Shown in pieces: positions 8,637 through 17,070 of a stretch of 27,677 nucleotides of DNA. The first letter of the stretch is position 1. Every line of letters starts with the position of its first letter. Source of the DNA: a virus (Duplodnaviria > Caudoviricetes); IMG/VR virus record IMGVR_UViG_3300020044_009142, positions 1 through 27,677 of that record; one strand, given 5' to 3'. The position numbers and the translations under genes are program-made. The notes below the pieces were generated by a model, which was given only the letters and a program-made list of their open reading frames with translations, was not told the DNA's origin and searched no databases.

Positions 8637-10723
8637 AAGAAATTGAAGAAATGGAAGAAATGGAAGAGGAATTGCTTGAAGGAGAGCAGTTGATCTATGC
8701 GTCCGAGGAACCTGATATCGGGTCGTTAACGGGTGCTTACAACTCTACCCTTGCCGATCTCGACACCTATTTCGATACGTGTCTCAGGGGTTACAACGAC
8801 CGCAGGAACATCTGGGACGGAAAAACGCCCGATCTCAGAAAGTCAGGAGCAACTGCCTTCCCGTGGCAAGGTGCATCTGATCAGGAAGTCAACGTCATTG
8901 GCGAGCGCATCAATACCTACATTTCAATCTTCGACCAAGCACTGCAGCGCAGTCACATCAAAGCATTTCCGACGTCGATGGCATCGATGGCACGTGCCGG
9001 CGTGGTCTCGTCATTCCTCAAGTGGATGAAATCGTCCTACATTCCCGACTTCAAGAACCAGATGGAGCAAGGTGCAAACTACCTGCTCGAAAAAGGACTC
9101 ATGGTCACCTACGTAGGGTGGAAGCGTGAAAGCCGCACCTACCTGCAGCCGATGACGCTCGACGAGGTCGCGCAGCAATCTCCGGAACTGCTCGAGATCA
9201 TCCTCGACGAGACCAACGACGACATTGTGCTGAGCATGTTGCAGCAGGCATTCCCAAAACTCAGCGATAAGCGTGCGAAAAAATGCATCAAGGAACTTCG
9301 CACAACCGGAGAGACTCAGATCCCGGCACCCCGGACGTCGGTGGATTGCCCCGTAGCATACGCCTGCGCCCCCGATGGCGAGGTCATCTTCCCATCCTAC
9401 ATCTCGGACCCGCAACGGTCTCCTTGGGTATTCTGGCGCTGTTTCCTGACCGCTCAAGAACTTGAAAAGAAGGTTACCAGTGAAGGCTGGGACGAGGACT
9501 GGGTTGAAATGGCAATTGAGAACCTTCGCGGCAACGATTCCATGTTCTACGACGGTGAGAAAATCAAACGCTCCTCGATCATGCCGATTGTGGACGAGCA
9601 GCAACTGGTCATGGTCGTCTACGCTTACCAGCGCCTCATCGACGAGGAAGACGGCAGCGAGGGTATTTACTGCACCGTGTTCCACCCGGACACGGATGGC
9701 TACGCCAAGCACGAATTGCTCAACGGCATGGATGACTATCCGTTCGTCGTTACCCGGCTCAGCAACGACCAGAAGCGCATGTATGAGGTTGACAGCTTCC
9801 CGGAGATTCTCCGTGGGGCACAGATGCAGATCAAGACCGAGCGCGACTCACGCATCGACCGGGCTTCGCTGGCTACACTGCCGCCGATCATGCATCCAGC
9901 AGGTCGCCCGCCGAGCGATTGGGGTCCCGGACGCCGGGTGCCTTACCGTCGCCTCGGTGAAATTGCATTCGGTCCGGTCCCGCAAATGGATCAAGGGTCG
10001 ATGGAGATCGAATTGGCAATGAAGGTGCAGGCAGACCGTGCAGTTGGTCTCGACCTCGACAACCCGCTTTCGACGATGAAGCAGCAATTCTTCATCAACA
10101 AGTATCTCGACCACGTGCGAGACGTGCTGACGATGGCGTGGAAGCTCTACCAGCGCCTCGGCCCGGACGAGGTGTTCTTCCAAGTGACTGGCAACCCAAA
10201 TGGTCAGATCATGTCCAAGGGATCGCCAGACGAGAATTTCTCCATTGTTGTCTCATTTGATACCCAGTCGTCGGACCCGGAGGTAGCTGAGACACAACTC
10301 CGCAACATGGTGAGCCTACTGCAATTCGACCGCAATGGACGTCTGGACACAGACAAACTGCTTGAGTTTTCGGCACAAGCCATCAACCCGATGTTCGCCG
10401 ACTACGTTCTGCAGCCTGCCGAGGAAGCGCAGCAGAAGGTGATGAAGGACGTCACCGACGACATCTCGAAAATCTACGCAGGCATCGAGGTGCCAGCACG
10501 TCCAAATGGAGCACAGATCGCGATGCAGATGCTGCAGGCATACATCCAGCAACCAGACGTCGCCCAGCGTGCATCGTCGGACGAGGCGTTTGCTCAGCGG
10601 ATCCAAAAATACGCCGAGCAATACCAATTCCAGATGCAGCAGATGCAGAACGCGCAGATCGGGAAGATCGGAACTGCCCCGGCTGAGATGGGAGGAATGC
10701 AAACCCAAGGAATGCAACAATAA
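8633..10723 (+). CDS. Portal protein
   Basis: 696 aa, between terL and the scaffold/capsid genes; FPWQGASD near the N-terminus, YPFVV motif and a Q/M-rich C-terminal tail as in podovirus-type portals. Confidence 0.85.
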   Translation: MKEIEEMEEMEEELLEGEQLIYASEEPDIGSLTGAYNSTLADLDTYFDTCLRGYNDRRNIWDGKTPDLRKSGATAFPWQGASDQEVNVIGERINTYISIFDQALQRSHIKAFPTSMASMARAGVVSSFLKWMKSSYIPDFKNQMEQGANYLLEKGLMVTYVGWKRESRTYLQPMTLDEVAQQSPELLEIILDETNDDIVLSMLQQAFPKLSDKRAKKCIKELRTTGETQIPAPRTSVDCPVAYACAPDGEVIFPSYISDPQRSPWVFWRCFLTAQELEKKVTSEGWDEDWVEMAIENLRGNDSMFYDGEKIKRSSIMPIVDEQQLVMVVYAYQRLIDEEDGSEGIYCTVFHPDTDGYAKHELLNGMDDYPFVVTRLSNDQKRMYEVDSFPEILRGAQMQIKTERDSRIDRASLATLPPIMHPAGRPPSDWGPGRRVPYRRLGEIAFGPVPQMDQGSMEIELAMKVQADRAVGLDLDNPLSTMKQQFFINKYLDHVRDVLTMAWKLYQRLGPDEVFFQVTGNPNGQIMSKGSPDENFSIVVSFDTQSSDPEVAETQLRNMVSLLQFDRNGRLDTDKLLEFSAQAINPMFADYVLQPAEEAQQKVMKDVTDDISKIYAGIEVPARPNGAQIAMQMLQAYIQQPDVAQRASSDEAFAQRIQKYAEQYQFQMQQMQNAQIGKIGTAPAEMGGMQTQGMQQ

Positions 10724-10731
10724 GAAAACAC

Positions 10732-10950
10732 ATGATAACAGAGATACCAAAACCAACGCTACTGCAATCAGTAGAGGCATTATCAGACCGCGATGAATTC
10801 AAGGTGATTGTTTCATTCATTCGTGACGAGCGGGAAAGATTCTTTGCCGATCTGCGACAAGCAGTGGATCCAAACGAAGTGATGAAGATCACAGGCAGCA
10901 TTTCCACTTTAGCAGAGATATTGGAAATGCTCAGCGCAGAACCCGAGTGA
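10732..10950 (+). CDS. Small helical hypothetical protein after portal
   Basis: 72-aa ORF in the position commonly occupied by a small helical protein between portal and scaffold. Confidence 0.7.
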   Translation: MITEIPKPTLLQSVEALSDRDEFKVIVSFIRDERERFFADLRQAVDPNEVMKITGSISTLAEILEMLSAEPE

Positions 10951-10973
10951 TTTGATCTGTGCTTTCCCTTTTA

Positions 10974-11004
10974 TTGACATCGCGCCTCGAGTGTGAGATA
11001 GAAC
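10974..11004 (+). promoter_or_regulatory. Possible sigma70-type promoter for scaffold/capsid genes
   Basis: Perfect TTGACA at 10974-10979 in the largest intergenic gap of the head cluster; the -10 candidate (GATAGA or TAGAAC) is poor. Confidence 0.35.
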
Positions 11005-11038
11005 CGACACGCTAACGCCTAGCGAAAATGGTGATTTT

Positions 11039-12070
11039 ATGAATAAGCAATCCGATGCCACCGCTGGGGCAAATACACCAGTGACAGATAACATATCGTT
11101 TGAGGAACTTGTTGCTCAACGAATTGGAATGCATACCGAATCAGAAAATGATTCCGGCGATGACGACCTTGAAGAGGACGACGACCTGATCGATGACGAT
11201 CAAGAAGTCGAAGAACAAGAGGAAGAAATCCCGGAAGAAGAACCTGAAGAGGAAAGCGAAGAAATTGACTTGCTCAATCTTACGACAGAGCAAATTCAAG
11301 AATTGGCCAAAAAGGGCAAGAGTCGTCTGCTTCACCGAGTCGGTGAGTTGACTGCTCAGAAAAAAGCCCTTGAGGAACAATTGAAAAGTCAATTGGATGC
11401 CAAACCACAAGTTGAAGCTATCCCTGCAGAACAAAATCCGTTTTCAAATATTGATACGGTCGCTGACTTGCAGGTGCAGATCAAGGAGATGGAGAAGGTA
11501 GCCAAGGACACCGATCATATCTTGGATGAGCATGAGGACTACGGTTTGGATGACATCATCGTCATTGGCGACCGGGAATTCACAAAGCGTGAGATCAAGA
11601 AAGCCAACAGGAATGCCCGGGAATCACTGGTCAAATTCATTCCAGCGCAGCATGCGGAACTCGTCAAACGCGAGCAACGTGTAGCACTGGAAGATCATTT
11701 GGCCAAACTGATCCCACAGGAAATTCCTGAATTTGCCAACGAGGACTCCCCGCTGGTCAAAGAATTTCAAGCAATGATGGCAGACCCACTCGTCGCACAA
11801 GTGAGACTACGTGTCCCGGACATCGCCCCGCAACTGGCGTATCTCTTGGCCCACGCAGCAAAATCCATGCAGAGATCATCAAAGGTAGCGAATCGTGCAA
11901 AGACGACGGAACCATCCCGGTCAAAAATATCAGGGACCCCGTTTGGTGTTGGCGCAGCGAAGAGCACTCCGAAATCTGCAAAGAGGGCTGCTGATCAATT
12001 GGATCAGAAGTTTCAAAAATCTCATTCCGAATCAGATTGGATTGCTGCAAGAGTTGCACGTTTGAGCTAA
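11039..12070 (+). CDS. Capsid scaffolding protein
   Basis: Very acidic N-terminal tract, RVGELTAQKKALEEQL coiled coil and a basic C-terminus; directly upstream of the major capsid gene. Confidence 0.8.
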   Translation: MNKQSDATAGANTPVTDNISFEELVAQRIGMHTESENDSGDDDLEEDDDLIDDDQEVEEQEEEIPEEEPEEESEEIDLLNLTTEQIQELAKKGKSRLLHRVGELTAQKKALEEQLKSQLDAKPQVEAIPAEQNPFSNIDTVADLQVQIKEMEKVAKDTDHILDEHEDYGLDDIIVIGDREFTKREIKKANRNARESLVKFIPAQHAELVKREQRVALEDHLAKLIPQEIPEFANEDSPLVKEFQAMMADPLVAQVRLRVPDIAPQLAYLLAHAAKSMQRSSKVANRAKTTEPSRSKISGTPFGVGAAKSTPKSAKRAADQLDQKFQKSHSESDWIAARVARLS

Positions 12071-12088
12071 TCCTTATCAAATACCATT

Positions 12089-13081
12089 ATGGCTATTTCC
12101 AATACCTACCAACCAACCGCTCCCGCTGTAAAGTCGGGCACCGGATCCGCCGTTTCCAACCGCGAAGACCTTAGCACAGAGCTTTCGATCCTCGCTCCGG
12201 AGCAAACCCCACTCCTTAGCTTGGCATCCAAGGGTAAGGCAAACAGCACGTTCACTGAGTGGACTGTCGATATCTTGTCTGCTCCAGTCACCGCTGGTGT
12301 TGCTGAAGGTGCTGACGTCACATCGTTCGTCAACCAATTCAGCAATCGTGCTCGCCTTGGGAACTACGTGCAAACCTTCCGCGACGATTACCTCGTATCG
12401 AACCTGCAACAAGCAGTTTCGAGCGTCGGTCCTGCGGATTTCGCACAGGCTGAAGTGAAAGCAATCAAGCAGGTCAAGCGCAACGTCGAGGCAACCATCT
12501 CCGGCACTCAAGACTACACGGTCGAGAACGGTGCTGGAACTCCCTACACCATGCGCGGCCTTGGTTCTTGGATCAACAACGGCAACACTGCAATCCCTAC
12601 AGCTTACCGCACTCCGGCGGCTTCGATTGACACCTCGCTCACCGAGTCGAAACTCAACACGATCCTGTCATCCATCTTCGCCCAGAACGGTGAGATGAAT
12701 GCGCTGACTCTTGTTGCAGGCACCGCTGTTCGTCGGACGATCAGCAACTTCACCCGTGCAAACCAAGCTGCAGGCACTGACAACGTCTACACCGTCATGC
12801 AGGATGCTACCAGCAAGCAGATCACGCTTTCCGTCAGCGTCTATGACTCTGACTTTGGCATGCTCAAGATCGTCAACGCGAACCCAGCGTGCACGCTTGC
12901 CGGAACTGGTTACATCATCAATCCGAAATACCTCCAATTCAATACGCTGATCCCAATGGGATCGAAGCGCCTTGAAGACCAAGGTGGTGGTCCTCGCGGT
13001 TTCGTTGACATGACCGGAACGCTTTGCGTGAAGCACCCGGGTGCATTCGGAAAAGTGACTGGTGTTACCAATCCCGCCTAA
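12089..13081 (+). CDS. Major capsid protein (SU10/DUF5309-like, HK97 fold)
   Basis: NREDLS...TPLLS...KANSTFTEWTVD...GNYVQTF...MRGL...YDSDFG pattern; 330 aa; strongly biased codon use. Confidence 0.88.
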   Translation: MAISNTYQPTAPAVKSGTGSAVSNREDLSTELSILAPEQTPLLSLASKGKANSTFTEWTVDILSAPVTAGVAEGADVTSFVNQFSNRARLGNYVQTFRDDYLVSNLQQAVSSVGPADFAQAEVKAIKQVKRNVEATISGTQDYTVENGAGTPYTMRGLGSWINNGNTAIPTAYRTPAASIDTSLTESKLNTILSSIFAQNGEMNALTLVAGTAVRRTISNFTRANQAAGTDNVYTVMQDATSKQITLSVSVYDSDFGMLKIVNANPACTLAGTGYIINPKYLQFNTLIPMGSKRLEDQGGGPRGFVDMTGTLCVKHPGAFGKVTGVTNPA

Positions 13082-13121
13082 TAATTAACGGACAAATCAT
13101 AACAACTAAAAGATTACCATT

Positions 13122-13595
13122 ATGGCTAAAGTATCAAATAACGAAAAGTGCCCATTCACCGACATCATCCGTCTCACGCACGATGACATCATCGCCAACA
13201 CCGTTGCTCTGCAAGCAGGCACGTATCAAATCGCAACCATCCCTGCAGGTGGCTGCCTTGATCTTGTCACGATTGCACGTCCAACAAACTTCACTGCGAC
13301 TTCCACGTTGACACTGTCAATCGGAACGACCAGTGGAACTCCTGTTGAGTTGATGGCAGCCGGAACGATTGGGCAAGGCGCTGGAGCAATTGCTCCTCTG
13401 TCCAACACCGGAAGCGTGTTTGTAGCAGGATCGGCAGCAACCACTACCTATCTTGGTGGTGCAAAACCTGTCAACGCCACTGCAACTGCAGTGCCAGTGT
13501 ATGCCAAGACGTCCGCTGCCCTGACATCCGGTGAGACCACTGGTGTCGTGGTGATCGGTCTTAAAATCATCGACATGGCTCAATACCTGAACTGA
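13122..13595 (+). CDS. Probable capsid decoration/cement protein
   Basis: Thr/Ala/Gly-rich, beta-like 157-aa protein between the capsid gene and a strong terminator. Confidence 0.6.
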   Translation: MAKVSNNEKCPFTDIIRLTHDDIIANTVALQAGTYQIATIPAGGCLDLVTIARPTNFTATSTLTLSIGTTSGTPVELMAAGTIGQGAGAIAPLSNTGSVFVAGSAATTTYLGGAKPVNATATAVPVYAKTSAALTSGETTGVVVIGLKIIDMAQYLN

Positions 13596-13607
13596 TCGAA
13601 TCAAACT

Positions 13608-13646
13608 GCCGGGGAGTAGGAGCAATCCCACTCCCCGGCTTTTTTT
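13608..13646 (+). terminator. Rho-independent terminator
   Basis: GCCGGGGAGTAGGA-GCAA-TCCCACTCCCCGGC stem followed by T7. Confidence 0.9.
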
Positions 13647-13654
13647 CACCAACT

Positions 13655-13945
13655 ATGGACGCAATAACCGAAGCAGCAATGGATGCCGCATTAATCCGAG
13701 AATTGTGCAGCGGACGTGCATTTGTCGAGCAGATGGCGCGAAAGCGAGAGAATGAGGCAGCATTGATCGCAGCACGTGACAGGCGAGACGTGAACGCAAA
13801 GAGCACATTCCGGAAACTAGCAGAGATCCCGCAGCGGGAATACTTGCTCATGGCTCAAAAATACGGTAGTGAGTGTTGGGACGACAGGGAGTTCATGAAG
13901 GACTTCCAGCGCCTCGAGCCTGATCTGGCAGTCACCAAGATTTAA
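13655..13945 (+). CDS. Hypothetical virion-associated protein
   Basis: 96-aa ORF between the capsid operon and the adaptor. Confidence 0.7.
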   Translation: MDAITEAAMDAALIRELCSGRAFVEQMARKRENEAALIAARDRRDVNAKSTFRKLAEIPQREYLLMAQKYGSECWDDREFMKDFQRLEPDLAVTKI

Positions 13946-13949
13946 CCTC

Positions 13950-14744
13950 ATGAAGACTCGCACTTACACCGACCTTTTTGACCTTGTGCAGGCGTTGTGC
14001 GGAGTTGTGTTCGCCAGCATCGAGAAGAACCGCATCAAGGCGCTTATCAATCGCCGGGCAAAGAAGGCATACCGATCCACGAATTATTGGACACGCTTCC
14101 TGAAGGTCGGCGAAGGTCGGTATATGTCGGCGGCACCAGTCGTCGCCACTTCGCTTTCGGCCAACACAGGATATTTCATCGAGTCAATCGGCACCACCGA
14201 TTTCACGCTGATCGGCGCAACGGAAAACTCTGTCGGTCAGTATTTCGTCGCCACGTCAGCAGGAAGCGGTGATGGAACAGCTCGCCCGGCATTGGGCTAC
14301 GTTCCATACTCGGAGAGCGGCAAGAGCACTATCGATACGTTCCTGCGGATCCAAAAGGACCAACCGTATTTGAGCGCAAGCGTGCAGGATTACGAATTCA
14401 TGGTGGATCCACTCGGTGCCACAATCGTTTGTGGAAACCTAAACCCATCGCAAGCATGGGTGACCTACAAGGCAGACTTTGCCGACACGTTTGGACCAGC
14501 AGTCACTGCCCCCGCGACTACTCTTGATTCTCAGGCGATTCCAGACGAGTGGTTTGAGTATATTGCCCACGGCACTTACGCGGACTACCTACGGGCTGAA
14601 GGGCAGCAAGAACGCGCGGTAATTGCCGACCAAGAAGCAGACCTAATCCTTCAGGACGAGCTAATGCGCCTCGACGAGCAGCATACCCAAAATCTGATTT
14701 CGAACCGAATTTTCACCAACTCAAACATGCAACTTCGCTGGTAA
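13950..14744 (+). CDS. Head-tail adaptor (tail tubular A-like) with a Thr/Gly-rich insertion
   Basis: N-terminal TYTDL...LINR helices and C-terminal IPDEWFEYIAHG...ADYLRAEGQ, as in podovirus adaptors; position in the cluster fits. Confidence 0.65.
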   Translation: MKTRTYTDLFDLVQALCGVVFASIEKNRIKALINRRAKKAYRSTNYWTRFLKVGEGRYMSAAPVVATSLSANTGYFIESIGTTDFTLIGATENSVGQYFVATSAGSGDGTARPALGYVPYSESGKSTIDTFLRIQKDQPYLSASVQDYEFMVDPLGATIVCGNLNPSQAWVTYKADFADTFGPAVTAPATTLDSQAIPDEWFEYIAHGTYADYLRAEGQQERAVIADQEADLILQDELMRLDEQHTQNLISNRIFTNSNMQLRW

Positions 14745-15970
14745 TGGAATATTCACTAGGAAACATGATAAAAGGTGCTGGGGTTCTTAACCCAGACGGA
14801 CTCTCCCTTGACCTCCAGTTCGCCACCGACAAGACGCTCACGGCTCGCAAGGGGCCGACTCCGGTGCTGACGCGTGCAAACGCCACGGCAACATTCATCG
14901 GAAGCAACGGCTTAATCCAAACAGCCACTACGGACGTCGCCCGTTTTGACCACGATCCTGGCACCTTTGTTTGTAAAGGGTTGCTAATTGAGGAATCTAG
15001 GACTAACGTTTTTACTGCTTCACAAGATTTCACTAACGCGAATTGGACTAAAACAAGAACATCAATTACCGCAGATGCCACCACCGCGCCAGACGGAACG
15101 CTTACAGCTGATAAGTTAGTTGAGGATACATCTATTTTAAATACTCATACCGTATCTAGTATAACTGTTCCAGCAGTTCCAGCAACATTCAGCGTATTCG
15201 CTAAAAAAGGAGAAAGAAATTGGATCGTATTACGAGTAGCAGGCTCAAACGATTTCTTTAATCTTGATACAGGAGTTGCCACAACAAACGTAAATTCTCC
15301 TAAAATAACTGCATTTGCCAATGGGTGGTATAGATGTTCAGTAGTAGCTACCGTAGGAACACAAAGTTCCATTCAGATGTCTGCTGATGGTATTACCACG
15401 ACATACACGGGAGACGGCACATCTGGCATCTTTGTTTGGGGTGCGCAGTTTGAATCAGGCGCATTTGTTACAAGCTACATCCCTACGACAACGGTTGGTT
15501 TGGCGCGTAGTGCGGATGTTTGCAGTATTGCCGGAGCGAACTTCACAGCGATGTATAACCAAACCGAGGGGTCGGTGCTTGTGGAAGCTAGCACTGTAAC
15601 CAGTGGAACTAGAGACCTTGTGTCGATAGACACTAATGGTTTTAATGAAAACATCACTCTTTTTACAGGGTCAAGTGCTGCACAGCTGTCAGTAGTTGAC
15701 AGCGGTTCTTCTCAGGTATCTATCAGTTCTGGATCGCCAATAGCCTCAAACGTAGCTTTCAAACTGGCTTGTGCATACAAGCTGAATGATTTTGCGCTCA
15801 CCAAAAATGGCGTTGCTCCCCAAACTGATAACACGGGGACTCTCCCAACGCCTAACCAATTAAAAATAGGATACGAAAAAGGTCAGTATATCCTGTGTGG
15901 GCATGTTGCATCTCTGAGATACTACAAGAAACGCCTGCCCAACGACAAACTCCAATCACTCACAGCATGA
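14744..15970 (+). CDS. Tail fibre/head spike protein with a beta-sandwich (LamG-like) C-terminus
   Basis: LSLDLQFA, TRANATAT, ARFDHDP...GLLIEESRTN, NGWYRCSV and WGAQFESGAFVTSYIPTT...RSADV motifs typical of phage spike/fibre proteins. Confidence 0.8.
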   Translation: MEYSLGNMIKGAGVLNPDGLSLDLQFATDKTLTARKGPTPVLTRANATATFIGSNGLIQTATTDVARFDHDPGTFVCKGLLIEESRTNVFTASQDFTNANWTKTRTSITADATTAPDGTLTADKLVEDTSILNTHTVSSITVPAVPATFSVFAKKGERNWIVLRVAGSNDFFNLDTGVATTNVNSPKITAFANGWYRCSVVATVGTQSSIQMSADGITTTYTGDGTSGIFVWGAQFESGAFVTSYIPTTTVGLARSADVCSIAGANFTAMYNQTEGSVLVEASTVTSGTRDLVSIDTNGFNENITLFTGSSAAQLSVVDSGSSQVSISSGSPIASNVAFKLACAYKLNDFALTKNGVAPQTDNTGTLPTPNQLKIGYEKGQYILCGHVASLRYYKKRLPNDKLQSLTA

Positions 15971-16254
15971 CCGACTACATCCTAAACTTCCCATCGAAAG
16001 CAATCGCGGAGCAGTTCGGTATCGCCAATGGCTTTTCAGAGCTTGATGAGAATGGAGCAGTCCGATCAAATCTCGCATCCCACGAACATGCGTTGTGCGT
16101 AGTGGGCGAGTTTGCTGGAACATGGTGGGTGCTTTTCCGCGATCTCGTCGGCATTCCGATTCCGGTAGGCGGCGAGAAGTTCGTCCACTGGTCAAGCGCA
16201 TCTGGCGATCCCCGCCCAGTTGACGCGTCCGTCCCTAATATCTGGTGGGCATAA
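15967..16254 (+). CDS. Fibre-associated hypothetical protein (95 aa, start MTDYILNF)
   Basis: ATGA overlap with the fibre stop; start revised from 15895. Confidence 0.7.
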   Translation: MTDYILNFPSKAIAEQFGIANGFSELDENGAVRSNLASHEHALCVVGEFAGTWWVLFRDLVGIPIPVGGEKFVHWSSASGDPRPVDASVPNIWWA

Positions 16255-16271
16255 TCTTACACAACAAATCT

Positions 16272-16421
16272 ATGAAAACTACAATCCTCGGAGTATTAAC
16301 AATCGTTGGCGCTATTGTCGCCGCAAGCACTCAATTCCTGACCAGCGGATCGATTGATCTGCTGTCGCTTGCACCAGCAGTAACTGCCGGAATCGGACTC
16401 ATCAAAGCTCGAGATCAATGA
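16272..16421 (+). CDS. Small two-TM membrane protein, holin-like (49 aa, MKTTILGVLTIVGAIVAAST...AGIGLIKARDQ)
   Basis: Not in the ORF track; two hydrophobic segments; ATGA-coupled to the next gene of the lysis cluster. Confidence 0.7.
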   Translation: MKTTILGVLTIVGAIVAASTQFLTSGSIDLLSLAPAVTAGIGLIKARDQ

Positions 16422-16600
16422 TGATACCTTCATCAGTGAGAGATTTGATGTATGCTTTTTGCGGAACAGCTGCGCCAATAGTCGCAGTGATCACGTCATA
16501 CCAAGAGCAAATCGAGTACAACATGAGAATTGCATCGATGGTAATAGGCATGCTTGCCAGTATCATTTACTGCATCAGTCTATTGCGAAAAATCAAATGA
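16418..16600 (+). CDS. Small membrane protein, holin-like
   Basis: 60 aa, two hydrophobic segments and a basic C-terminus (RKIK); MM double start; ATGA-coupled on both sides. Confidence 0.65.
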   Translation: MMIPSSVRDLMYAFCGTAAPIVAVITSYQEQIEYNMRIASMVIGMLASIIYCISLLRKIK

Positions 16601-17070
16601 TCCTTGCTGAGAATGTAGCCAAGATCGCCCATACCCAGATCGGGGTAAGGGAGACATCCACAAATGGAGGAGAATCGATTGCAGAATATCAACGTGCAAC
16701 GTGGCTCCCAGTAGGACCGTGGCCTTGGTGCGCTGCATTTGTGTGCCATGTTATCCGACAGGCAATGTCAGGCGGCACGTGGACGTTCAAGCGTCCGAAA
16801 ACAGCAGGTGCGTGGGACATGGAGAATTGGTGCAAGTCGGTCGATAATTCCGCAAAGCTGCACAAGCCAGCGACAAAAGTGAAACGTGGTGACATCGTCG
16901 TCTACAAATTCTCCCACATCGGCATTGCAGTTTGCGATTCCGACAAGGACGGCATGGTCAGCGTGGTCGAGGGTAATACCAACAGCGACGGGGAACGCGA
17001 AGGCGACGGCGTCTATTTAAAGCGCCGCCACCTAAGCAAAATCCGGTCGGTGATCCGGTTTACTGTCTAG
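16597..17070 (+). CDS. CHAP-domain endolysin (157 aa)
   Basis: QIGVRE...PWCAAFV (catalytic Cys), GDIVVY..SHIGI (His) and VEGNT; start revised to the ATG at 16597. Confidence 0.88.
   Translation: MILAENVAKIAHTQIGVRETSTNGGESIAEYQRATWLPVGPWPWCAAFVCHVIRQAMSGGTWTFKRPKTAGAWDMENWCKSVDNSAKLHKPATKVKRGDIVVYKFSHIGIAVCDSDKDGMVSVVEGNTNSDGEREGDGVYLKRRHLSKIRSVIRFTV

Noticed and set aside
8637-8675. GAAGAAAT(G/T) short tandem repeat
   Set aside because: Encodes the acidic EEMEEMEE N-terminus of the portal; ordinary low complexity.
6419-10907. Long - strand ORFs opposite terminase and portal (e.g. 6419-7258, 9011-9712)
   Set aside because: Antisense to well-supported genes, with no independent coding signal.
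13060-13125. Possible capsid frameshift or readthrough extension
   Set aside because: Tandem stops (TAA TAA) and no slippery heptamer seen.
14744-15970. Possible diversity-generating retroelement target in the fibre gene
   Set aside because: No reverse transcriptase and no template/variable repeat pair seen in the window.
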